A stretch of 64,000 bases of DNA from an uncultured Chloroflexia bacterium (lineage in GTDB: Bacteria > Chloroflexota > Anaerolineae > B4-G1 > SLSP01), in contig CAVVUS010000013.1 of assembly GCA_963751345.1 (NCBI GenBank), forward strand, positions 32,001-96,000, given 5' to 3'. The notes beneath the pieces are model-generated. The model made no database searches, was not told where the DNA came from, and saw nothing but the letters and a program-made list of their open reading frames with translations. Positions 10,001 through 22,900 of the stretch are shown here, piece by piece (position 1 is the stretch's first letter; every line of letters starts with the position of its first letter). The position numbers and the translations under genes were made by a program.

Positions 10001-13000
10001 ACCTCGCCGGCCCTCGGACAGGCCCCCTCGGCACAGGTCGCCGTCATCTGGCGGCCGGACCCATCGTCGAACGACGCGCTGCCCGTGGGTTCCTCGAAGC
10101 CATAGGCCAGCACGCGCCCGCTGGGATACGGCACGTCGGCTACTGTGCCCGCCAGGATGGGCGTCTCGTCACCAATGCCGATCATCAGCCCCGAATCGTC
10201 GTCCGAGCGGGTGACGGCCACATCGGGCGCCATCCCGTCGAGGGAGACGACCTCCTGCTGCCGCGCTACGGTATTCGCGACCGCGTCCTTTGCCTCCAAC
10301 TTGAGCGTGTACCTTCCGTCCACATCCTCGGGCACGGCGTAGGCGACCTGCCAACGCTCACCATCCACCGCCGCCATCTGCCGCCCCCCAAGCGACACGC
10401 CGTTCTGGTCGAGGAGATCGATCCACACGCCGGCGACGCCGGCATCGCCCCGATCGCGTACCCCGCCCGAGAGCCGGACGACCTGATGCGTCCGGGTCTG
10501 TGGCGTGAAGAAAGTCACGGTCGATGCGCCCAGAGGGAGCTTCAGGTTGTGCCCCGAATCCATCCAGAGCTGTACCGCGTAGTGGCTGCCGACGATCTTC
10601 GACGTCGGAGCGAAGGAGAAGCTCACGTCCTTCTCGGTCTCCCCCGGCTGCACGTCGAAGGTGCCGATCTCCTCGTAGTTGATGCTGACGATGAATGACG
10701 CGACGTCCCCCGCGTACATCTCATTCTCGAACGCGAAATGCATGTCGACGCGATCGACCACGTCGGCGTCGATGTATCGATAGCCGGTGGCACTCGCACT
10801 GCTGTGCCACCACCCACCGGAACCCGTGTACAGGGCGTCGCCACTCGCGGGGAACGCCGCCGTCGCTACAGGCACGTCGACCTCGTCCACGGCCGTCTCC
10901 ACCGGCAGCGTGCGCTGAGTGGAGGCGGAGTCGACAGTGACTGCAGGCGGGCTTCCATCGACCTTGAAGGTCACGCTCGCGATACTCGATCGATGGCCGA
11001 CAGTATCCCACGCCCGCGCCTCGATCGTGGTCTGTCCCTCGTGCGAGGGGGTGAAGTAGAAGAGCCACGCGGCGCCATCGCGTGTCGCATTGTGCCACAC
11101 GCCGCCATCGACCCGGTACCAGACGCGTTCGACGGCCGACGTGGCATCCTGAGCCTCGATGGCGATCACACGTTGGGGCGACATGTCGACGACGGGGGCC
11201 GTGAAGTCGATGGCAACCGTCGGCGCCTCGGCATCGACCGTGATGCGATGATCGGCGCTGACGTCGACCCACGAGACCTGGTAGTTGTAGAGCGCCTCTA
11301 CCTCACGCTGCGAAAGGACGCGCCCGTAGACGGCCACTTCGTCAATCTGCCCCGCGAAGGGCAGCGCAGGGCCCGTGCCCCACCCCGCTGAGCTCGTGGC
11401 GCCGATATAGAGCGGCAGCCCCGACTGGCAAGCCCAGAGCGGCGGATCGAGCGACGCGTCCCGCGAGCCGTTGACATAGAGCATCAGGCCATCGTCGCCA
11501 TAGGTGAGCACGACGTGGTTCCACTGATCCTGCAGGAGCGCGTCCGGCGTGCTCGTGAGTGCCTGGTGGCAGTCGTCATACTGCAGCGTCGTGGCGTCGG
11601 GGGCGATGAAGAGCCCAAGGCTTCGCACCGAAGCCCCAAAATCCTCGCGGGTCAGCAGCGTCTGGGAGATCTCACGCCGTTGGGTGGGTTTCACCCACAT
11701 CGCGACGCTGTATCCGGTCGACGGAATGCTCGACCCGGCGTAACTCAGCTTATCATTCATCCCGTCGAATTGGAGCGCCCCACGGATCCAGCCGTCGGTG
11801 CCGCTCTTGGGACAGGTGTCGGTGCCGTTGATGTCCAGGTCGCAGGTCGCATTCTGTGCCGCGCCGGCCTCATTCAGGAAGGAGGTCGCGCCCAGGGACT
11901 CGTCCAGGTGCAGGTTGAGCACCGGGATCTCCTTGGTCAGCGCCGCGGCCTCACCGGCTGACAGGGCGCTGCGGGTGACGACCACGTGGTCGAGGTACCC
12001 CTCGAAATAGTCATTCCCGGCCGCATTTGCCTGCCCAATCGTGAGATCGGTGGCGCCGGCAAAGCCAAAGGTCGTTCGAGAGCCCGACGCCACCAGCGTA
12101 CCATCGACGTAGAGCTTCTGCCCACCGACCGAGCTGCCGATCGTGTGCACGACATTGTGCCACGTCCCGGCCGAGAGTGCGTCGGTGCCGCAGATCGTCT
12201 GGGAGGCCACCTTGGCGCAGAGCGTACCCCCATTGAGGTAGATCTGCGCCTGCTGGCTGTCGTCGTCCACCACGGAGAAGAGCCCGCAGTTGGCGCACTG
12301 GTCGCCGTAGGTCTTGGTCTTGTACCAGAAGGAGACGGCCGCCTCGGTGTCAGGGACGTCGACGTCGACCTGGATCCGATCGTCAACGCCGTCGAGGTGG
12401 ACGGCTTGGTTGGCGCGTCCGGCGACGCCCGGTCACAGGGCAACGACTCCCGTCGCAGATCCCGGCGTCGCCGTTGCCCGAATCGTCGGCAAAGACACTG
12501 GCGCCGGGTGGCTCGTCCAGCCGCAGCTCCAGCACGCGGATGGCGCTCTGGTACAGCTCCTGGACCTCGTAGGGATCCAGGGCCTGCCTGTAGACGCGGA
12601 GGTCATCAAGGCTGCCGTCGTAAAACTCGTTCCGGACTGACCAATAGAGCGTGCCCTCACCGTCGTTGGTGTAATCCTGGGAGTAGGTACCGACCTGGTA
12701 AGGCCAGAAGGACCGGTTCACCTCCAGATCGTCGTCCCCCCGGGCGAGCTCGTTGATGCTCTTGTCGAGCTCGGTCATCGTCACAAAGTGCAGCCAGTCG
12801 CCGTAGACGGTATAGGCGTAAGGGAGCGAGTAGGTTCCCGGGTTCACGTCGAGTTGCGCCCAGATGCGGTGGCCGTCCACGAAAGCCGTTGTACTCCGCC
12901 GAGCCGGAGCCATCGCCTTCGTCGTCGACCACGACCTCGTCGAAGATGACAGTGCTGGCGCTTGAGGCACGGCCCACGTCCAGTCCGCTGGACGCGATGT

Positions 13001-16000
13001 CCAGCGAGCTCGACGCGTAGGGCTTCGTCCCCGCGCACGTCGCGCTGGATCCAATCGCCTTGCCGTTCCGGTAGAGCGTGAGGTTCGTGCCATCAAAGAC
13101 CGCAGCGACCTGCTGCCAGGTGTTGAGCTTGAGCACATTACTGCTGCTGGTCACGTCGCAGACCTGGCTGCCGTTGCCGAACGACGCCTTGATCTCTTTG
13201 AGCGAGGTGTCTACGTAGAGACCGGGATAGCTGCGCTCCGGGGTATCGTGGTCGTCCTGGCCAAAGACCCCGACCCAGCCATTGGAGGCGGGCCGCGGGT
13301 TGATCCACGCAGCGATCGTAAACGTGCCCTCGTCACGGTGCAGGTTGAGGCTGTCGTCTGCCGCAGAGATGGTCAGATAGGACGTCTGGTCGAAGTCCGC
13401 GGCCTTTCCGACGACGCCCGCGATTCCCGCGTCGGGACATTGCGTACAGGTGACGGCGTGGTGGTGCGAGGAGCTGTCCCCATAGTTCGAGGCCGACGAA
13501 GCGTCGAACCTCAGCTGGAGCACCGGTTCCTTGAACCGGGACCGGATGTCGTCGGCGCCTAATACCCGCGGGTAGAGCTCCACCTCGTCGATGAAGCCTG
13601 TGAGATAGTCGGTATCCGCCGCCACGGCATAGCCAAAAAGCATAGCATTCTGCCCGCCGAAATCCGACGACGTCAAGGCGCCGTTCGCCCGGCGCTCACC
13701 GTCGACGAAGATCGCCTGTCCTCCCTGCGCGCCGCCGAAGGTGTAGGCGACGTAGTGCCAGGCGCCGGTGGCGTAGTCGATGCCGTTCGTGCAGATCGTC
13801 TCGGTCGTGCTGCGCCCCAGCCGGGCGCAGAGGTTGCCGCCGTCGAGATAGAGGTCGCGGTCGTGCTGCGCCGTCCCGGCCTTGATCGCGGAGGCGATGC
13901 CGCAGTTCTTGCACGAGGTCTTGAACCACAGCGAGAGCGTGTAGTCCTCCTCCGAGGCGTCGACGCCGCTGGTGACCCGGTCGTTGCCGCCGAAGTTGAG
14001 CGCCCGCAGATATGCGCCATCGGCGCCGGCTGTCGGGCACGCAGCGCCGCTGCACGTGCCGTCGTGGCCCGCGAGCGAGGCATCCGCGAAGGTCGTGGCG
14101 CCCGAGGCCTCGTCGAAGTGTAGCCACAAATCGCGCCCGTCGACCACGGCCTCGCGGATGTTAGCGATGATCGCGCCCGCGCGGTTGGTCAGGCTGATCT
14201 GCTGTGAGATCGCCAGCGGATCGACGGTCACGTTGCCGGTCAGCATCGTCTGCGCCAACGGCCCCAACTCATAGGGCTGTGGGACCAGAGTAGCGTCCTG
14301 CACGGCGGGTGGGAAGTCCACCTCCAGCAGGCCAAGCGCGTAGCGGTCGCGCAGCTCGTTGGCGACGGTCGCAGTATAGGCGACGGTGTCACCGGGCATC
14401 ACCAGCCCGTCCTCGTCGCTGACCTGGGACTCGATCGTAAGCACGGTCGCAGGGCCCGGCACGCGGGGGTTCATCCCGTAGACGCTCTCCAACTTGTCGA
14501 TCAGGCCGTCACCGTCGGTGTCGGGCGAGAGCGGATCGGAGGTCACGCGCGTGATGAGCGGCGCCACCCGATGGCGCGAAACCGTAGACGAACTCCCATC
14601 CTCTTCACCTCGTCGCCATCTTTCAGCCCATCGTGATCGGTGTCGGCGTGCCTGCGGATCAGCCCCGTATCGCACCTCGTCGTAGTCGGAGAGGCCGTCG
14701 CCATCGCTGTCCGCCAGCGTCGGATCGCTGCCCCACCGTACCTCGTAGAGATCCGAGAGCCCATCGCGGTCGGTGTCGGCCGTGCGGTCGCTGGGATCGT
14801 TGCCACCGAAGGCCTGACTGATCAGATCATCGCCGTCAGCATCCATCAGTGCGGGGAAGCGCGTCGAACCCGACTGGCCCCACGCCAGCGCATAGCCGCC
14901 GTCCTTGGGCGTGAGCGCGAAGAAGCCGGAGACCGTCGTGGGCAGGACGTCGAAGACTAGGCCCAGGTCCAGGTGGAGCGAATCGCTCTTGTCGCGCAGG
15001 TAGCAGACGGGGATCGCGGGCGGGGTCAGAAGCGGGTTAGGCACTATGAAGCACTCCTGCGCGTTGATCGCGTGCCCCTCGTTGAGATAGGCGGGCACAT
15101 CAACGTTGATCCCAGCGGGCGTCAGTAGGAAATCGTAGCCGCTGGCCAGCGTCGTCTCGTGCTCGAAGGGATAGTCGCCGGACCACGTCAACGGATTGGA
15201 CGTGGTCAGTCCCTGGAGCAGATCGAGATCTTCCTCCGCCGCTGCGAAGCTGTAGGCGAAACTTGACTCCTTCAGGTACTTGTTCGCGTACTGCCAGCCA
15301 TAGGTGTAGGCTAGCGGCGAGATCGGCCAGTGACGGTAGAGTTTCGTCGTCACGTCAGCACTCAGTTTGACCTCGTTGCCCTCGACGAAGCCGACGGTCG
15401 GATAGGTGTCGCGCAAGTCCAGCGTGAAGCCCTGGACCTGCAGCCGATCGTCCTTCTCAAGATCGACGATCGGGTTTTGGCTGTAGATCAGGAACTGGAC
15501 CAGCTTCGACAGCGCGCCGGAGATCCCCGCGCAGATGTAGTCGCGGATGATGGTGCCGCCGATTTTGTCGGGGTCGTCGGCCTGGAACTCGTCGAGACCC
15601 GTGACCGTGCAGATGATGCCGATCACGGCATCGATCAGGCCGATGATGGCGACGATGATCTGGCCGACGACCGGGATCAGGCCGATGGCAAACATGATCA
15701 CGGCGACGATGATCCCCGCGACGACCGACGCCAGCGCCTGGTCGAACCCAAGCGAGGCAAAGCGCACGCCGCCCATGATCATCTGGGCGACGAAGAAGCC
15801 TATCGAGATCGCGGCTGAGATGACCAGCCCGATGATCGCGGCGACGTTGGCCGCCGACCGCAGATCCACAGTGGCCGTCTCGATCGCGTTGCGCACGCCA
15901 TACTGAAACTGACCGGTGAGGTTCGCCTTGTAGAGCTCCAGCGCCGCATCGAGCACGTCCTTGACGGCCATCGTGAAGTCGATGGCCTGGAGCGCCGCGA

Positions 16001-19000
16001 AAACGATCTCCTCGCCCGAGGCACCGGAGAGCACCGCGTAGGTGATGATGACCACGGCACCCGCAACGGCTGCGCCGGCGGCAAAAGCAACCCCTGCAGG
16101 CACCTTGTTGCCGTAGAACTCGAGGTCGAAGATGTTGTCAATCCACGAGTCCTGCAGGTTCTTCTTCGCGCCGCCGATGGCCGCGAGCAGCTTCTCGCTC
16201 GTGGTACCCATGTACGTCAAGCTTCTTGGCAGCTTGCGCAGCGCGTCGATCGCCCCGCTGATGATCTGCTTGACGAGCCTCAGGGGGACGTTGGTCACCC
16301 CTTGCCAGCTCGACGACAGCCCCGAGTCGATGACACCATCGTCGCTGCGGTCGAGAACCACGTTTCCGGCCTCTACCACACCTGTCACGCCGCGATAGAG
16401 TGCCAGGTAATAGCTCTGGCTGAGGATGATCCGGCCCTTATTCTCGTAGCCCTCGGCGTCACCCTCAACGCTCGCGAAGAGGTCGCCGAGGTAACTCGCC
16501 ATGACGTCCCAATACTCGTCGATCGGGTACGCCTCCCACCCACCGGTCGCGTCGTAGCGGTAGGGCGCCCAGTTGAGCCCGGCGATCACCTCGTCGTAGA
16601 CCTCCGAGGGCGAGAGCGAGAGGCCGAGCGCGTTGTCGACGACCAGGCCGTTGAGCTCCTTCCCCATACCGGTGCTGCGGAAGTGCTCCTCGCGCGCGTA
16701 GAGAATCGTCGGCGCGCTCACCTTGGGCACACCGTTGGCGTCGAGGAAGTAACTGTCAAGGATCTGCGCCGTGTGCGTCATCGGCAGTTCGGCCAGCATG
16801 GACTGGTCGGGGAACGAGAAGGTCTCGACGTTGAGGACCTTGAGCGTCGGCGTGATCCCCCACCGCTCGTCAATCGTCGCCGTCGACGTGAGGTCGAAGC
16901 GGCGGGAGATCTCGGGCACGGTGATGTCCCGGTGGACGACCGGCGCCCTCACCGCTGGCGCGCCCGGTCACAAAGGTGTCGCTGAGGTTCGTCGCAACCT
17001 GCCACAGCCACCGCTCGTAGGTGGGATCGCGGTCGGGCGAGTTGGCGTTCTCGAAGACGGCGGCGACGTCGACGCCGTGGTCCTCGCGCACCGTCAGCCC
17101 CGTCAGGTACCAGTCATCGTAATAGGAGTGGAGAATGCGCGGTGGATTCGACTTCCAGTTGGCATCGTCCGCGCACCAGGTCTCGGCGAACGCATCGCCC
17201 AGAGTCTCGAAGTCTGTCCCGTCGGGTGGAGCGCAATAGTCCGTGATCGCCTCGACGAGCCAGACCAGGCGCACTGTCTGCGCTCTACCGAAATCCACCC
17301 CGTCGGGCCGGTAGAGGATGCGCGATGAGAAAGCCACGGGACTGTCGCCGTTGGTGTCGCGAACCAAGGTGACCGGCGCGTAAACCAACAGTGAGGGTTG
17401 GTCATCACTATTCTTGTACCGGACCGACATCTGGAGGGCGTCGGTCGCTGCCGTGTCGAGCCACGTCGTCACCGGCGTGGTAGCCGAGAGCGACGGCGCG
17501 TTGGGTACGACCGGCAGGTTGCCGTGGTGATCTGCGTCAGTGTAGGGGATCTCAATCTCCAGCATGGGAATCAGGCGCATGTCGCCCTGATCGTCCTTCT
17601 CGCCCACCGGCTCGCCCAATTGCGCATTGACGTCGGCGAAAGTCGAGTCGTTGACCCGCTTGATCTGCCCACCTCTGTCGCCCGACGGCCAATCGAGCAC
17701 GCTCAGACTGTACCAGAGGTGATCGGGGTTGGTCGGGCGGAGCTGGAAATCCACAAAGACAGGCGTGTCGACCGATTGGCTCGACCAGGTAAGATCCAGG
17801 TCAAGGCCGCCATCCTCCAACCCCTGGACGCCACCCTCGGCATTGCGCCCGCCCCCCATCACGGTCGTGCGCGCAGGATCGAGCATGTCGGGCACGCCGT
17901 CGCCGTCGTCGTCGACGTCAAAAGCGTCCGGATCACCATCCCCGTCGGTATCGGCGCAAGCGCTCCCGACACCGCCGGGGTTGAGATTGCTCAATTCGTA
18001 ACACTCATCCAGGTCCGAGATGCCATCGTGGTTCGTGTCGGGATCGTTCGGGTTCAGATACCAGCGCACCCCGTAGAGCTCGAATCCTGCCACCTCGACG
18101 CCATCATCAATCTGGTCGCCGTCCGTGTCGGCCCGGCAGGGATGCGTGCCCAGGTCGATCACCTCCACGCCATCGGAGAGACCGTCACCATCGGTGTCGG
18201 CCGCGGCCGACAGGCAGGCCACGTCGCCCACGGCGCAGGCCACGCCGGAGTCCGTGCAGGCGTCCGCCTCCTCGGCATCGGTCAGGCCGTCGCCATCTGT
18301 GTCAGCCGCCATCCCAGGCGCATCATCTCCGCTCCCCGGCGCATTGTCGGCCAGCAGTGTCTGCAGGGATGCCACGCTGGGAAGGCCGTTCTGCACGGGC
18401 GCCCCTGTGGTGGATGTATCGGCAGAGGGTCCCGCGGCTAGCGGGTCTTGGTGAGGATCAAAGTCAGTCGTCGTAGCCGCCGCTTGTGCTTCATCTGCGG
18501 CCTGCGACCGCGCCATCTCGTCGTCATACGCGGCAGCCTGAGCGTGTTGGTCGGCCTGGAATGCGTATGCCTTCTGCGCCTGAATCTGTGGTACCACGAT
18601 CATCGACAGGATCAGCAGCCCGACCAGCCCGGCGTAGACCGTGCGCGAACGCCGCCACACGAGCACGGCCACGAGGAACGCCACCACCCCGCCGAAGAGC
18701 CCGGCATTGGTGCCTACCCGCGCCAACTGGTGGGCGGTCGCTGAGGGCAGCCCTAACGGTCCCGTCGCGATCTGCTCTGCCCAGCCACTGAAATCGGTGG
18801 TGATCGTCGCGTCGACCTGGTCGCGGCCGGTGGGTGGGAAGTGCGCCTTCACGATCTGGCGCAGCGGAAGCCCCGAGGTGTCGAGCCAGATCTCGCCCTC
18901 GCCGGTCATGTCAGCGTAGAAGCTGGGGGTGTCCAGGTCGACGCCCGCCGGGAGCTCTCCCTTCCGGCGGAGCTCATCCTCGAGCTGGCCGCGCATGTGC

Positions 19001-19542
19001 GTCGCGAAGGCGGTCCCGTCGACCGTGAATGCGTAGCGCGTGAAGGTCACGCCGCCGCGAGACTCGGTGCCCAGCAGTCGCACGTCCGAGGCCCCGGCGA
19101 GATAGCCGAGGAGATCGTTGCCCGGCGCAAAGAGTGACGTACCGTTCTCGATCTCGCGCCACGCCTCCTGACCGACACGGCCGTAGGTCGTGCCTTGCTC
19201 AACCTTGAGCTCGACGCTGCCGTCCTGGTTGGCGACACTCCCGTCGCCGGACCAGAGCCGCATTCGCATCGTCTCGGCCGCGAGGTCCGTCTCACCCTCA
19301 ACGTAGATACGATCCTCGGTCGCCGCCTGCCCGGCGTTCTCCACCCGTAGCGTCGGCCACGTGCTCTGGACGATGTCGGTCGTGTAGCTGTAGGCACCGA
19401 TACGCTGTGCCTCGCGCCACGCACGTTGAACCACCGCCCCAGCATCGTCGACGGAGGCGCCAAAGGTGGGTTGGGCGATGGCAAGCCCGCACAGGGCAAG
19501 CATCAGGAGAACGAGGATAAGGTAGATGGATCGTTTTGTCAT
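4041..19542 (-). CDS. giant (~5100 aa) exported multidomain protein, reconstructed across ~10 frameshifts: LppX/LolA-like N-domain, TM hairpin, DxDxDG Ca-binding repeats, hydrophobic helical region, six LamG domains, Ig-like/DUF11/P-domain/CARDB
   Basis: Consecutive overlapping minus-strand ORFs (16870-19542, 12657-16952, 12383-13138, 9523-12273, 7204-9465, 7347-7736, 6873-7334, 6315-6776, 5020-6633, 4041-5270) continue domains across their junctions. Single GGAGG+ATG at 19542 followed by a signal peptide. LamG starts LHFDE/LRFD/LRLDE/LHLDE/YGFEE/LPFDE with WHHV and G.IDEV motifs. Confidence 0.8.
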
Positions 19543-19590
19543 CGGATGCCTCCGTCTTTAGCTTCCGGGTTGCTTCGGTACGGCCATATC

Positions 19591-19630
19591 GTCTGAATCA
19601 CGGATTTCGCGGATTGCACAGATTTCACGG
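19591..19630. repeat. 40-bp dispersed repeat with 9-nt periodicity (copy 1)
   Basis: GTCTGAATCACGGATTTCGCGGATTGCACAGATTTCACGG; its reverse complement matches 54976-55015 at 36/40 positions. Confidence 0.85.
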
Positions 19631-19694
19631 ATCGGATGCTCGCTCCCAGCTCGCTGACGGACATGCGCATCGATGGCGTTCGCGCCGCGCACAG

Positions 19695-19864
19695 CGTTCG
19701 CGCCGGATCTGTGATCCGGCGCTCTGCGACGGGCAGTGCCGGCGAATGCCGAACGTATCTCTCGTGATCGAGAGCTCTGCGGCGACCCCTCTCTCGGATC
19801 CCGCCCCGCCAGCCACGCCGCTCCCCCTGACGTTCGCGCCGGATCTGTGATCCGGCGCTCTGCG
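19695..19864. repeat. REP-like hairpin doublet
   Basis: Identical 34-mers CGTTCGCGCCGGATCTGTGATCCGGCGCTCTGCG at 19695-19728 and 19831-19864, each with a 10-bp stem. Confidence 0.85.
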
Positions 19865-19908
19865 GCGAGCACGGCGCCGGCAAATCACGTCCGGCCCCGA
19901 CATCCGGA

Positions 19909-22900
19909 TCACTCGCCACGCCTCAGCAGTGGCAGGAAGACCTCCCACGGGCCGTGACCCGTGCCGTGGAAGAGCGCATACTCGCCGGTCTGCGAGACCT
20001 GCACGACCAATCGTCCCATCACGGGATCGGCGCTGACCCCATCGATCCCATCGGACGTCCACGCGGTGCCGCTCCATCGCCTGAGCTCGACCTCGGCCCC
20101 GTCCTGATCAGCGAACTCGTCGGTACCGTAGGCGATCGTCACGGTCAACGGACGCCTGAAGGCGATAGGCGACAGCGGGGCCTCGTCTCGACCTGCGGTC
20201 AGTGCAAAGGCATGCCCCGCGAATCCGCCCGGTGGAGTGGATGCCGCCGTCATCGGAATCGGCACGCAGCCGATCGTCGTGGAGACGGCGACCGCGCCTG
20301 CAGGAACTTCCACGACGGTGGGATGCCCTTGAGCACTAGCGTGGATCAACACGCCCCCAACCATCGGGCCGACCTCGATCTGGAAGATCTCCGCAAGGAC
20401 ATCGACGGTCACCACCGCAGCGTCGTCGAGGCCATCCTCATCGCGCGCCGTATACGTGAAGACGTCTCGCCCCGTGAAGCCGGGCGCGGGGTCGTAGGTG
20501 ACCACCCAACCGTCGGTCGTAGCCGTGCCGTGGCCGGGCGCACCGATGGCGCTCACCTGGAGCGCCGTTCCCTCCGGATCGACGTCACCACGCAGCACGT
20601 CCAGGGACGCCGTCGTGCCCGCCAGCACCGTGAACGCGTCGTTCAGGGCAAACGGCGGCGTCGGGCGGTTGCGCCAGACCGCATTCGGCGCCAGCAGGCC
20701 GTTGTTCGTCCCGGTAAGGGCGTCGAGGTCGCCATCACCATCCAGGTCGCCCAGCGCGACCGACAAGGTATCCCAGTCGCCCAGCGCTTGCCCGGTGTTG
20801 GCGAAGACGCCGGAGCCGTTGTTCTTCCATATCTGGTCGGCCGACTGCGTCACCAGTGGCGCACGGGCATTCCCGACAAAGGCATCGAGGTCGCCGTCGG
20901 CATCGACGTCGCCCAGCGCCACAGCCCACGTCGCGCGCGCACCCAGTCGCCGCCCGCTGTCCACAAAGGCACCCGCTTCGTTCAGCCAGACCTCGTTGGG
21001 CTGCCCGTCCATGTTGCCGACGAACGCATCCGCATCACCATCTCCGTCCAGGTCGCCCGTGGCTACCGCGAAAGTGTCAGCCGCGCCAAGCCGCTGCCCG
21101 CTGTCGACAAAGACGCCGGCTTCGTTGAGCCAGACCTGGTTCGGACGGTTGTTCGCGATGCCGAGGAAAAGGTCGAGGTCACCGTCGCGGTCGAAGTCGC
21201 CTGTTGCCAAGCGCCCGCACCGGCTCGTAGCCGAGGCGCGTGACCGGCGATGAAGGTCCCCGGTGTGCCGCCCTGCAGGCCGCCGTCGTTCAACCAGAGC
21301 ACGTTCGGCTGGCCGACGTCGCTCCCCGTCACAGCGTCGAGATCGCCATCCGTGTCGACGTCCAGCAACACGACGGCATAGGTGTCCGTGTTGCCCAGCT
21401 CCTGGCCGCTGTCGGCAAACCGGCCCGCCTGACCCTGCGCCGTCTGGTTCATCCAGACCGTGTCGGCGCCACCGTAGGTGCCTACGAAGGCATCCAGGTC
21501 GCCGTCGCCGTCGAGGTCACCCAGCGCCACAGCCCAACTGTTCGCGAGGCCGAGTGCCTGCCCACCATCAGAGAGCGTGCCCGTGCCATCGTTGAGCCAG
21601 ACGGCATCCGGCGCCCCGTTGCGCACCACGTAGCCGTCGAGGTCGCCGTCGCCGTCGAGGTCGCCCAATGCCACGGCTTGCGTGTCAAGCACGCTCTGCG
21701 GCCGATCATCAGGTAGTTGTAGAGACGCCCCGGTGGGGCGTCTTCCGGTAGGGCCTCTTCGGGGCCTTGCAGGGCTGCAGCCGTCTCCACCGGGTAGAGA
21801 TCCACCCGGTCGAAGACTCCCGTGCCGCCCGCTACCGGCGCGCGGAACTGCCACGAGAAGGGCGGCAGGGCCCGGCCGTCGGTGGACTGCACGTCGCCGG
21901 TCAGCGTGGCCTCCACGACCTCACCCGGCCGGAAGCCGGTCGAGGGTGTGAACGCCGTCTGAGGCGCGAAGTCAACGACGCCAAACGAGAAGACGTCGTA
22001 GGGCGTGACCCGTACCCCACGTGCCCCGGCGTAGCTCCCGGTCTGTTGGCCGCGAACCAGGAAGCTGGCCGAGGTCAAGGTGTTGCCCGCGATCGGGCGC
22101 GTGCACGTGGCCGATGCCATCGTGCCGATCTCAAAGACCCGGAACGCCGGGTGCACCGTCGCGTCAAAGGAACGCGTGGTCACAGAGAGTCCGTCGGTCA
22201 CGCTGATGGCGACCGATGTCACCCCGAACGTGGCGCCCGTGGGCGTCAGCGTGATCGTGCCGGTGGCGGCCGGGCTCGCATATCCGACCACGGCAGGCTG
22301 CACCAGCGTCGTATCCGCCACGGCCGCCGTGACCGCGAGCGGCTGGCTCTCGTAGGGCCCCGGCCCGATCCCGGCCAAAGCAACCGCAATCGCGGGGCCG
22401 TCCTCGTCGAGCGTCTGGCCGCCGATCGCGCTCACCGTGGGCGGGTCGTTGACCGGGGCAACGTAGACATCGAACGTGCGCACGGTCGACAGCAGCCCAT
22501 CGGTCACCGTCACGTCGATGGTCGCCCAGCCGTTCCGGTCAGGGGCGGGCGCGAGGATCAGCCGGCCCGTCGTATCGGGATTGGTGTAGACCACCGTTGG
22601 CTGGGGCACGACTGGCGGGCGAGCGCGAGCGCCGCGGTCACCGTGACCACCTCGCTCTCATAGGGGCCGGGGCCGATACCCGACAGATCGATCGTCTGGG
22701 CCGGGGCGTCCTCCTTGATGAGGAGCTTGGCCAGCGCGTCCAGCGTCGGCGGATCGTTCACCGGCACCACGGTCACCGGGAAGCTCTTGACCGTGGTCGA
22801 TAGCCCATCGGTGAGCGTCACGACGATCGTCGCCGTCCCTTGCAGATACGGAACGGGCGTGATCGAGACCGAGCCGCCCGTGTAGGTGCCCGGGCCGTTG

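Noticed and set aside
19695-19864. Possible mini-CRISPR (two identical 34-bp palindromic repeats)
   Set aside because: Only two copies, a 102-bp structured spacer, and no cas genes or leader; fits a REP doublet better.
19539-19919. 126-aa ORF bridging the two giant genes
   Set aside because: Made of translated repeat elements, with no RBS or domain signal; treated as intergenic.
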